Source of the DNA: an uncultured Pseudomonadota bacterium
Lineage (GTDB): Bacteria > Pseudomonadota > Alphaproteobacteria > JACZXZ01
Assembly (NCBI GenBank): GCA_963749075.1
Contig: CAVVLJ010000017.1
Span: forward strand, 736,001 to 800,000
DNA: 64,000 nucleotides
Direction of reading: 5' to 3'
The translations under genes were made by a program, and so were the position numbers. This document shows, piece after piece, positions 9,949-18,074 of this stretch (positions within the stretch are counted from its first letter, which is position 1; each line of letters starts with the position of its first letter). Below the pieces are notes generated by a model. It saw only the letters and a list, made by a program, of their open reading frames with translations, was not told the DNA's origin and did no database searches.

Positions 9949-11454
9949 ATGCTCAAGTCCGGCGAGGAGCATCTCGAGAGCCTCCGCGACGGGCGCATCG
10001 TCTATATCGGCGGCGAGCGGGTCAAGGACCCGACGCGCCATCCCGCCTTCCGCAACGCGGCGCGGACGGTGGCGTCCCTCTACGAGCTCAAGCGGGGCGC
10101 GGAGATGCGCGAGCTCCTCTCTTACGAGGAGGGCGGCGAGCGCTTCAGCACGCATTTCCTCCTGCCGCGGAGCCGCGAGGACCTGCTGCGCCGCACGCGC
10201 GCGCACAAGGCCATCGCGGACAGGAGCTACGGGCTCTTCGGCCGCTCCTTCGACCATGTGGCGAGCTTCGTGGCGGGCTTGGCACTCCAGGCAGACGTGC
10301 TCGAGTCGGGCGAGGTGCGGAGCATCCCCTTCGCCCGGCATCTGCGTGCCTACTACGACGAGGCGCGGCGCAGCGACAGCTTCATCGCCTACGCCATCGT
10401 CCCCGCCCCCGGGGCGCGCGACCCCGGCTTCAGCGGCGGCCGCGCGGGCGACCGCTCGCCCACGCTGCGCGTCACGAGCGAGGATGCCGCGGGCGTCACC
10501 GTGAGCGGCATGAAGCTGCTCGCGACCGGAGCCGTCTTCGCCAACGAGCTCTGGCTCGGCAACGTGCAGCCTCTCGCACCCGAGCGCAAGAAGGAGGCGA
10601 TCACCTGCGCCGTTCCGATGAACGCGCCCGGCCTTTCCTTGTGGTCGCGCAAGCCCTTCGAGCCCATGGCGGCGAGCGAGTTCGACAGCCCGCTCTCCTT
10701 CCGCTACGACGAGGGCGACTTCGTCGTTGTCTTCGACGAGGTGAAGGTGCCGTGGCACCGGGTGTTCTCCCACGACGACCCGCGCCTCTCGCGCGAGCTC
10801 TATTTCCGCACGCCGTCGCACTGCTTCGGCAATCACCAGTCCAACGTGCGCTTCTGGTCGAAGCTGCAGCTCCTCGCCGGCCTGGCCGGCCGCATCGCCG
10901 AGGCGAACGGCGCCGAGCGCATCCCCGCGGTGCGCGAGACGCTGGGGCGGCTCGCAGCATTCGAGGGCATGCTCGCCGGCATGATCTACGGGCAGAGCAT
11001 GGACCAGGAGGAGCTCGGCAACGGCTACGTCTCCTTCAACCGGCGCTACATGTATGGCGCCCTCGCCTGGTGCACGGAGAACTACGGCGAGATCTGCGAC
11101 AAGGTGCGCGAGCTCATGGGCGCCGGCGTCTTCCTCATGCCGGCCGACGCCTCGGTCATGGACGAGCCGGACTTGCGCGAGCGCTTCGAGGAGATGTGGA
11201 GCACGTCCGGCCACACGGCACTGCAGCGCATGAAGCTCTTCCGCCTCGCCTGGGACCTGCTCGGCTCCGAGTTCGGCATGCGCCAGCAGCATTACGAAAA
11301 ATTCTTCCCCGGCCCGCCCTACGTGGTGCGCGACCACAACTTCCGCGAGGCGCCCTGGGCTCACTTCCACGGCATCGTCGACGATCTCATGGCAAGCTAT
11401 GATTTACCCGCCCACGGCAAGCCCGCTCCAGGCGGTGCGGGCAAGGCGCCGTGA
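9949..11454 (+). CDS. 4-hydroxyphenylacetate 3-hydroxylase (HpaB) family flavin monooxygenase, oxygenase component
   Basis: SLRDGRIVYIGGERV, GRSFDHV, GMKLLATG, RYDEGD, AWDLLGSEFGMRQQHYEKF. Confidence 0.88.
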   Translation: MLKSGEEHLESLRDGRIVYIGGERVKDPTRHPAFRNAARTVASLYELKRGAEMRELLSYEEGGERFSTHFLLPRSREDLLRRTRAHKAIADRSYGLFGRSFDHVASFVAGLALQADVLESGEVRSIPFARHLRAYYDEARRSDSFIAYAIVPAPGARDPGFSGGRAGDRSPTLRVTSEDAAGVTVSGMKLLATGAVFANELWLGNVQPLAPERKKEAITCAVPMNAPGLSLWSRKPFEPMAASEFDSPLSFRYDEGDFVVVFDEVKVPWHRVFSHDDPRLSRELYFRTPSHCFGNHQSNVRFWSKLQLLAGLAGRIAEANGAERIPAVRETLGRLAAFEGMLAGMIYGQSMDQEELGNGYVSFNRRYMYGALAWCTENYGEICDKVRELMGAGVFLMPADASVMDEPDLRERFEEMWSTSGHTALQRMKLFRLAWDLLGSEFGMRQQHYEKFFPGPPYVVRDHNFREAPWAHFHGIVDDLMASYDLPAHGKPAPGGAGKAP

Positions 11455-12026
11455 ACGCCGTCCGGCAAAGCTCCCGTGCCGGGGCGGCCGCGGCCGGGCG
11501 CGAGCGCCGGACGCCGCCCCCCTCGGTGACGCTTCCGGCCCTCCTCGTCGAGGGCTCGGACGGCACCTTCCGCGCCCTCATCCAGGACATTCTCGTGATG
11601 GCCAAGGAGCTCCAGGCGCTGCGCGCGCGGCTTGCGCGCTCGCTCGGCGTGAGCGAGCCGCAGTACCGCGTCTTCCTCGCCATCGCCCAGCTCGAGGCGA
11701 AGGACGGCGTGAGCGTGAGCCAGGTGGCGGGCCATCTCGGCCTCAGCGGCGCCTTCGTCACCATGGAGACGCGCGGCCTGGTGCGCCGCGGCCTGGTGGT
11801 AAAGCGCCCCGATCCGCTCGACGGCCGCGCCGTCCTGCTCTCGCTCACCGAGAAGGGCCGCGGCAGCCTGGCAGCGCTCGCCGTGCGCCAGCGGGCGGTC
11901 AACGATGCGCTCTTCCGCGACTTCTCGGCCGCCGAGTTCCACAAGCTCGCCTCGTTCGGCCGCCGCCTCGTCGCCAATGCCGGACGCGCGCGCCGCGCGG
12001 CCGCCCGCCTCGCGCGCGGCGATTGA
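11451..12026 (+). CDS. MarR family transcriptional regulator
   Basis: Winged HTH with DPLDGRAVLLSLTEKG; GTGA overlap with the upstream gene. Confidence 0.85.
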   Translation: MNAVRQSSRAGAAAAGRERRTPPPSVTLPALLVEGSDGTFRALIQDILVMAKELQALRARLARSLGVSEPQYRVFLAIAQLEAKDGVSVSQVAGHLGLSGAFVTMETRGLVRRGLVVKRPDPLDGRAVLLSLTEKGRGSLAALAVRQRAVNDALFRDFSAAEFHKLASFGRRLVANAGRARRAAARLARGD

Positions 12027-12035
12027 GAGGGTCCC

Positions 12036-13064
12036 ATGGCACGAGCGTCCTCCGCATCCGACCGCGGGCTCGAGATCGAGGGGCTCAAGCTCGTGCGCGG
12101 CGAGCGCGCCCAGCGCCGCATGCGCGTGCTCGAGCTCGCCGACGGCTCCTGGCTCGAGCTTCCCGTCGTGGTCCTGCGCGGCGGCATGCCCGGACCGGTC
12201 TTCTATCTGGGTGCGGCCTTCCACGGCGACGAGGCGAACGGCGTCGAGCTCGTGCAGCGCTTTGCGCGCACGCTGGATCTCAGGGAGCTCCGCGGCACCG
12301 TCATCATGGTGCCGGTGCAGAACCCCCTCGCCTTCCAGGTGCAGCACCGCTACTTCATCGGCCATCTCATCAAATCGCCGCTCGACAACAGCCCGGCCAA
12401 CCCCTGGGTCTCCTTCCCCGGCGACGCCAACGGCAACATGGCGGGCCTCCTCGCGCACGCGCTCTATGAGAAGCTCATGCAGCACGCCGATTACCTCGTC
12501 GACGTCCACACGCCGACCACCGGCGGCCGCTACGCCCCCTTCGCCTTCCTGCCGCCGCCGCGTTTGGGCGACCCGGCACGCGAGGCCGAGGCGCTCGCCA
12601 AGGCTTTCGGCGCCGACTTCATCCTCTCGACGGCGGAGGGCATCTACGTGCACGAGCAGAGCCCGCACGTCGTGATGGCCAAGCGCGGTGCCGCCGCCAT
12701 GGGCATCGAGGTCGGCGAAGGCGGCCGGCTCGAGCCGGAGGTGACGGCGCGCGGCGTAGCAGGCTTGGCCCGGCTCTTCCGCAGCATCGGCATGCTCGGC
12801 GGCGGCGGCGGTAGAGCGCGCGGCCGGCGCCTCGTGATCTCCTCGATGACCGTGGTGCGCGCGCGGCGCGGCGGCCTCCTCGCGCTCAAAGTCGCACTCA
12901 ACCAGGAAGTTAAGGCGGGCACCCTCCTTGCCACCATCACCGACATGTTCGGCGAGGTCGTCGAGGAGATCGCAGCCCCGCACGCGGGTCCGGTCGTGCG
13001 CATCGCGACCTTCCCGGTCGTCTCGGCGGGCGAGCGCGTCGTGCAGCTCGGCGTGGCGCGCTAG
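12036..13064 (+). CDS. Succinylglutamate desuccinylase/aspartoacylase family metallo-deacylase
   Basis: HGDE, DVH and IEVG motifs; C-terminal biotinyl-like barrel. Confidence 0.87.
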   Translation: MARASSASDRGLEIEGLKLVRGERAQRRMRVLELADGSWLELPVVVLRGGMPGPVFYLGAAFHGDEANGVELVQRFARTLDLRELRGTVIMVPVQNPLAFQVQHRYFIGHLIKSPLDNSPANPWVSFPGDANGNMAGLLAHALYEKLMQHADYLVDVHTPTTGGRYAPFAFLPPPRLGDPAREAEALAKAFGADFILSTAEGIYVHEQSPHVVMAKRGAAAMGIEVGEGGRLEPEVTARGVAGLARLFRSIGMLGGGGGRARGRRLVISSMTVVRARRGGLLALKVALNQEVKAGTLLATITDMFGEVVEEIAAPHAGPVVRIATFPVVSAGERVVQLGVAR

Positions 13065-13069
13065 CGGCG

Positions 13070-14341
13070 ATGGCGGACGCGCGGGAAACGGAGAGGCGCC
13101 GCAGCTTCGCGGCCAGGCTCCACGCCGAGCGCGGCCGCCTCGTCGAGCTCTGCTCGGCACTCGTGCGCGCCGGCAGCGAGAACCCGCCGGGCGACACGAG
13201 CCTCGTCGCCGGCGCCGTCGCGGCAGCGCTGGCCTCCTCGCCGCGCATCGCCGTCGAGCGCGTCACGGCCAGGCCGCCGATCGTCAATCTGGTGGCGCGC
13301 CTTTCCTTTGCAACACCAGGGCGCCGTCTCGTCTTCAACGGCCACCTCGACACCTTCCCGGTGGGCGACGCCGCATCCTGGAGCGTGCCGCCGCTCGGCG
13401 GGCTCGTGCGCGACGGCCGCATCTACGGCCGCGGCGCCTCGGACATGAAGGCGGGCGTGGCCGCCGCCGTGCTCGCCGCCCTGCTGCTCGCCGGGGAAAC
13501 GGACGCGCTCGCGGGCGAGCTCGTGCTGGCGCTTGCCGGCGACGAGGAGACGGGCGGCCGCTGGGGCACCCAATATCTCCTTGCCGAGCGGCCCGAGACG
13601 CGCGGCGACGCCATGCTGAGCGGCGACGCCGGCTCGCCCCGCGTGCTGCGCTTCGGCGAGAAGGGCCAGCTCTGGCTCGAGATCCGCGCGCAAGGGGTCG
13701 CCAACCACGGCGCCCACGTCCATCTCGGCGTCAATGCCATCGAGCGGCTCATGGCGGCCCTGGCACGGCTCGCTCCGTTGCGCGGGCTCGATGCCGCGAT
13801 GCCCGAGGCGGTGCGCCGGCGCATCCTCGAGGCGAAGCCCGTCTCCGAGGTGCTCTCCGGCGCGGGCGAGGCGGAGACGCTCATGCATGTGACGGTCAAT
13901 ATCGGCACCATCACGGGCGGCCGGGCCGTCAACATCATCCCCGACGAGGCCGCGGCGCGTCTCGACATCCGCCTGCCGCCCGGCCTCGGCACCGACGCCG
14001 TGCTCGCCGCCGCCGCGGCGGCACTCGGCGATCTCGAAGGCGTCAGCACCCGCGTGCTCGCCAGGTGCGAGCCCAATCTGAGCGACCCCGACCACGAGCT
14101 CGCCCACCTCGCCGCAAGGAACGGCGAGGAGGTCCTCGGCGAGACCGTGGTGCGCAACATGCGCGTCGGCTTCTCCGATGCGCGCTTCTACCGCCAGCTC
14201 GGCGTGCCCGCCTTCGTCTACGGCCCCACGCCGCACAACATGGGCGGTATCGACGAGCACGTCACTATCGACGACCTCTTCGCCGTCTTCTACGTGCACG
14301 CCATGACGGCGTTCGATTTCCTCGCCTACCGGAGGCTGTGA
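13070..14341 (+). CDS. M20 (ArgE/DapE family) metallo-hydrolase
   Basis: NGHLDT, YGRGASDMKAG, DEETGG, C-terminal DEH. Confidence 0.9.
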   Translation: MADARETERRRSFAARLHAERGRLVELCSALVRAGSENPPGDTSLVAGAVAAALASSPRIAVERVTARPPIVNLVARLSFATPGRRLVFNGHLDTFPVGDAASWSVPPLGGLVRDGRIYGRGASDMKAGVAAAVLAALLLAGETDALAGELVLALAGDEETGGRWGTQYLLAERPETRGDAMLSGDAGSPRVLRFGEKGQLWLEIRAQGVANHGAHVHLGVNAIERLMAALARLAPLRGLDAAMPEAVRRRILEAKPVSEVLSGAGEAETLMHVTVNIGTITGGRAVNIIPDEAAARLDIRLPPGLGTDAVLAAAAAALGDLEGVSTRVLARCEPNLSDPDHELAHLAARNGEEVLGETVVRNMRVGFSDARFYRQLGVPAFVYGPTPHNMGGIDEHVTIDDLFAVFYVHAMTAFDFLAYRRL

Positions 14342-14459
14342 CCGCGGTCACTAACCCTCTGTGATATCGGTCATATCTGCCCTCGTCCCGACGGGCTAGC
14401 TTGCCCCCCGAGCGCGCCAACCGGGTCCCTTTGGGACCGCCATCAGGGGACACGGCGTC

Positions 14460-14540
14460 ATGACGAGACAAGACATCTACACCTCCTGGGTGCTGTTCGC
14501 GGTCATGCTGGTCATCGTCGCCATCGCCTCGCTCTCCTAG
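14460..14540 (+). CDS. Putative 26-aa single-TM small protein
   Basis: MTRQDIYTSWVLFAVMLVIVAIASLS; AGGGGA upstream; nearly all third positions G/C; below the ORF-track length cutoff. Confidence 0.5.
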   Translation: MTRQDIYTSWVLFAVMLVIVAIASLS

Positions 14541-14640
14541 ACCTCGAGGGTGCGGCGGCGTGCGGCCGTGACATCGCCGCGGCGTTCATGCTAGTGAGGC
14601 GCACGCCATAACTTCGCAGCCATGACGAAAAGGGCGCCCC

Positions 14641-15081
14641 GTGGCCGTGCTCACCCTGGCACAAGCATCCGAGATCGTGGATAGCGCGCTTGCCGCCGGG
14701 CGCGCGGCCTCCTTCGCCCCGCTCACGGTCGCCGTGCTCGACGCGGGCGGCCATCTCGTGGCGCTCAAGCGCGAGGACCGCTCCAGCCTGCTGCGCCCCG
14801 AGATCGCGGTCGCCAAGGCGTGGGGCGTGCTCGGCATGGGTTTCGGCGGGCGCGAGCTCGAGCGCCGCGCCAAGGCGGTGCCGGCCTTCTTCGCCGCCCT
14901 CGCCAATCTCGCCGAGGGCCGCATGGTGCCGGTGCCGGGCGGCGTCCTCATCCGCGATGCGTCCGGCGCCATCCTCGGCGCCGTCGGAATAAGCGGCGAC
15001 GCCTCGCTCAACGACGAGAGCTGCGCCACAGCCGGCATCAAGGCGGCCGGCCTGGTGCCGGACACCGGCGATCCGCAATGA
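14641..15081 (+). CDS. GlcG/HbpS family heme-binding protein
   Basis: VAVLDAGG, AVAKA, PGGVLI, GAVGISG..SxxDE. Confidence 0.87.
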   Translation: MAVLTLAQASEIVDSALAAGRAASFAPLTVAVLDAGGHLVALKREDRSSLLRPEIAVAKAWGVLGMGFGGRELERRAKAVPAFFAALANLAEGRMVPVPGGVLIRDASGAILGAVGISGDASLNDESCATAGIKAAGLVPDTGDPQ

Positions 15082-15108
15082 ATGGGCTGCCGCCGTGAGG
15101 GCGGCGGC

Positions 15109-15993
15109 TCACCCGGCCTCGGCGCCGCACATCCCCTCGAGCACGGCAAAGACGGCGGCGGTATCCTGGCCGCCGAGCCCGAGGCCGACGGCGGCGCTAT
15201 AGAGCGGGGCGCTCGCCGTGAAGAGCGGCGTGGCGACGCCGAGGCTTGCGGCGAAGGCGCCGATTACGGCCATGTCCTTCTGCCACACGTCGAGCTTCAT
15301 CGAGGGAGGCTCGTAGCGCCCCTCGGCCATGAGCGGCGCGCGCAGCTCGAAGATGCGCGAGTTGGCTGCCCCGCTCGCGATCACCTTGCGGATCGTCTCG
15401 CTGTCGAGGCCGGCCCGCCGCCCGAGCAGCATCGCCTCGGCGGTGGCGACGTTGTTGATGGCGACGAGCAGATTGGCGACGAACTTCATCTTGCTGCCGT
15501 TGCCGAAGGCGCCGAGGTAGTGGCTCACGCGGGCGAGCTGGGCGAAGACCGGCGCCGCGCGCGCGAAGGCGGCCTCGTCGCCCGAGGCATAGACCGCGAG
15601 GTCGCGCGTCGCCGCCTGGGCGCCCGTGCCGCTCAACGGGCAATCGAGGAGCGTGATGTCCGCCGCGGCGAGTGCCGCCCGGTTGCGCTCCTTCACCTCG
15701 ATGGGAAGGGTGCTGAGCTCGGCAAGGATCTGGCCCCTCTGCGGCGCCGAAAGGAGGCCGCGCGGGCCGCCGACCGTCTCGTCGAGGGATTCGGCGCTCG
15801 GCAGGCTCGTGAGGAGTATCTCCGAGCGCGCGGCCACATCGGCCGCCGATCCCATCGCCTCGCCGCCAGCATCGCGCAGCTCCGCGAGCCGCCGCGGCTC
15901 GATGTCGTAGCCCGAGACGCGCGAGCCTGCGGCTATGAGGTTGCGCGCGATCGCCGAGCCCATGATCCCGATGCCGATGACGCCGACCCTCAT
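15109..15993 (-). CDS. NAD(P)-dependent beta-hydroxyacid dehydrogenase (3-hydroxyisobutyrate DH family)
   Basis: GIGIMG, DCPLSG, GSKMKFVAN, KD motifs. Confidence 0.88.
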   Translation of the reverse strand: MRVGVIGIGIMGSAIARNLIAAGSRVSGYDIEPRRLAELRDAGGEAMGSAADVAARSEILLTSLPSAESLDETVGGPRGLLSAPQRGQILAELSTLPIEVKERNRAALAAADITLLDCPLSGTGAQAATRDLAVYASGDEAAFARAAPVFAQLARVSHYLGAFGNGSKMKFVANLLVAINNVATAEAMLLGRRAGLDSETIRKVIASGAANSRIFELRAPLMAEGRYEPPSMKLDVWQKDMAVIGAFAASLGVATPLFTASAPLYSAAVGLGLGGQDTAAVFAVLEGMCGAEAG

Positions 15994-16036
15994 GACCGTA
16001 CCCCCTCGCTTCGGCGGGCCGCACCGCCGCGGCCCT

Positions 16037-16774
16037 TCACTTGGCGCCGAGCGCCTTGATCCCCTTGATCATGGCGACGACCGCACGCTTGGCGACGGCG
16101 GCGAAATCGTCGCTCACGCGGCTCTGGTAGATGAACTTGCGCACCGCGAAATAGAAAAGCCCGCCGTGCATCACCCAGACATGCTCGAGCTCGAGCTCGC
16201 TGATGGGGACGACGGCCGGCCCCGGCAGTCCGCAATAAGCGCGAATCTCGCCGCACATCGGCTTGAGGATGGCCTCCTCGACGATGGCGATGTAGCGGCG
16301 GTTGAGGTCGTTGCCCATGAGGGCCGAGAACATGTAGAGGCGGATCCATTCGTAGCTGTAGGTGGCGCGCGCATAGGCCTCGTAGAAGGCGACGAGGCGC
16401 TCCTCGAGCGGCCGCGTGCGGTCCGTGATCAGCTCGCCCCAGCGCCGATCGATGCGCTTCAGAAAGACCTCGTCGAAGACGCGCTCGATGAGGCTCCGCT
16501 TGGTCGCGAAGTAGCGGTAGAGGAGCGGCTGGGTGATGCCGACGCGCGCGGCAAGCTCGCGGGTCTGGCCGCCGAGGCCGACCTCGGCGAAGAAGCGGAT
16601 GGCCTCGTCGACGATCTGCCGCTCGCGGTCGGCGGCCGGGAGCCGCTTCATGCGCAGCGGCGCGGCCGCGGCCGGTCGCGGCACGGCGCGCAACCGGCGG
16701 GGCGAGGCCGGCGCCGCGCGGCCCCTGCCGCGGCGCTTACCCGCCCGCGGCGGCGTTGATGGCCCGGTTGACAC
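16037..16774 (-). CDS. TetR/AcrR family regulator (true start may be ATG 16651)
   Basis: TRELAARVGITQPLLYRYFATK HTH. Confidence 0.85.
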   Translation of the reverse strand: MSTGPSTPPRAGKRRGRGRAAPASPRRLRAVPRPAAAAPLRMKRLPAADRERQIVDEAIRFFAEVGLGGQTRELAARVGITQPLLYRYFATKRSLIERVFDEVFLKRIDRRWGELITDRTRPLEERLVAFYEAYARATYSYEWIRLYMFSALMGNDLNRRYIAIVEEAILKPMCGEIRAYCGLPGPAVVPISELELEHVWVMHGGLFYFAVRKFIYQSRVSDDFAAVAKRAVVAMIKGIKALGAK

Positions 16775-17837
16775 GCGGCATCACCTCGCTCGCCATCAGC
16801 TCCATGGAACGCCTGGCCAGCCTGGCGTCGACCCAGTCCGTGCCGGCATAGACCAGCGTGCCGAAATCGCCCACGCGCTCGCGGAACGTCAGGATCTGGT
16901 CGACGACGCTCTCGACCGTGCCGCAGATGACGAGCCTGTCGAGCACGTATTCGAGCGAGACCGCCGAGTCCGGCATCGCGCGGTCTTCCTTGAAGAGCTC
17001 GGGGCGGCCGTTGCCGATGAGCTTCCGCATCATCTGCTTGAAGTAGAAATGATAGGGTCCTTGCGGCCCGCGTCCGTAGCGGAGCGCAGTCGCCTCGTCG
17101 TCGGCCACGAAGAGCGCGCGGGCGATGCGCCAGTCGCTCCTCAGCGCCGGCCGGCCGGCCTTGGCGCAGCCTTGCTCGTACATCGGCCAGTGGGAAGCGA
17201 CCCACGGCGTCTGCAGGAAGTTGGCCGAGATCGGCGTCCAGCCGCGCTCGGCGGCGGACGCGATGCCCTTCGAGAAGGGAGCGACCACGGTGACGACGAT
17301 GGGCGGATGCGGCTTCTGAAAGGGCGTCACGATGGCGCCCTGGCCGGTCTCGATATCCATGGTGCGCGCCGTCGTCACGGTCCAGAAGCGTCCAGCGAGA
17401 TCGTACGGCGGCTTGCCGCTCCAGATGGCGAGCACCTGGTCGATCGCCTCGACGAACATGGCGTTGCGGTCCGCATCGAGGTTGCCGAAGGCCTCCGAGT
17501 CCGAGCGCAGGCCGCCCGGGCTGATGCCGAAGAGGAAGCGTCCCTCGAGCATGTGGTCGATCATCGCCACCTGGGCGGCGAGCGTGGCGGGATGGCTGTT
17601 GGGCAGGTTGAGCGTGCCGCTCCCGAGCTTGATCGCCTTGGTAGCATCGATGAGGCTGGCGATGAAGGCGAGGCACGAGGTGATGGTCTCGGCCCGGTCG
17701 GTGATGTGCTCGCCTATGAAGGCCTCGCAGTAGCCGAGCGCGTCGGCAAGGAGGACGGCCTCGCGGTCCTCCTTGAGCGTCGCCGTGTAGTCGCGCTCCG
17801 GCGGATGGAGCGGCATGGTGAAATAGGCGAGCCGCAT
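16737..17837 (-). CDS. LLM class flavin-dependent oxidoreductase
   Basis: FTMPLHP, FIGEH, HPATLAAQVAMIDH, PFQKPHPP. Confidence 0.88.
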   Translation of the reverse strand: MRLAYFTMPLHPPERDYTATLKEDREAVLLADALGYCEAFIGEHITDRAETITSCLAFIASLIDATKAIKLGSGTLNLPNSHPATLAAQVAMIDHMLEGRFLFGISPGGLRSDSEAFGNLDADRNAMFVEAIDQVLAIWSGKPPYDLAGRFWTVTTARTMDIETGQGAIVTPFQKPHPPIVVTVVAPFSKGIASAAERGWTPISANFLQTPWVASHWPMYEQGCAKAGRPALRSDWRIARALFVADDEATALRYGRGPQGPYHFYFKQMMRKLIGNGRPELFKEDRAMPDSAVSLEYVLDRLVICGTVESVVDQILTFRERVGDFGTLVYAGTDWVDARLARRSMELMASEVMPRVNRAINAAAGG

Positions 17838-17885
17838 GCGTTCCCCTCTCGCCCGGGCGGCAGCACCCGCGGCGAGCGGGGTTGT

Positions 17886-17899
17886 TTATCATCCGATAA
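17886..17899. promoter_or_regulatory. TTATC-N4-GATAA inverted repeat, candidate TetR operator
   Basis: AT-rich inverted repeat about 50 bp upstream of the LLM-TetR operon, in the divergent intergenic region. Confidence 0.4.
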
Positions 17900-18074
17900 T
17901 GTGGACGGTCAAGCCGCGACAGGACGGCGTCGCGGGCGTCGCGGGGGCCGGACAGTCGAGCGCTTCGTTGCGCCGGAACCGCCCGGCCAGGCGGAGTTCG
18001 GCAATAGGACCTAGGAACCACGGACCGCCTTGCGCTATTGTCCGATTCCCTCTGACCATCTCAGCGCAATTCCC

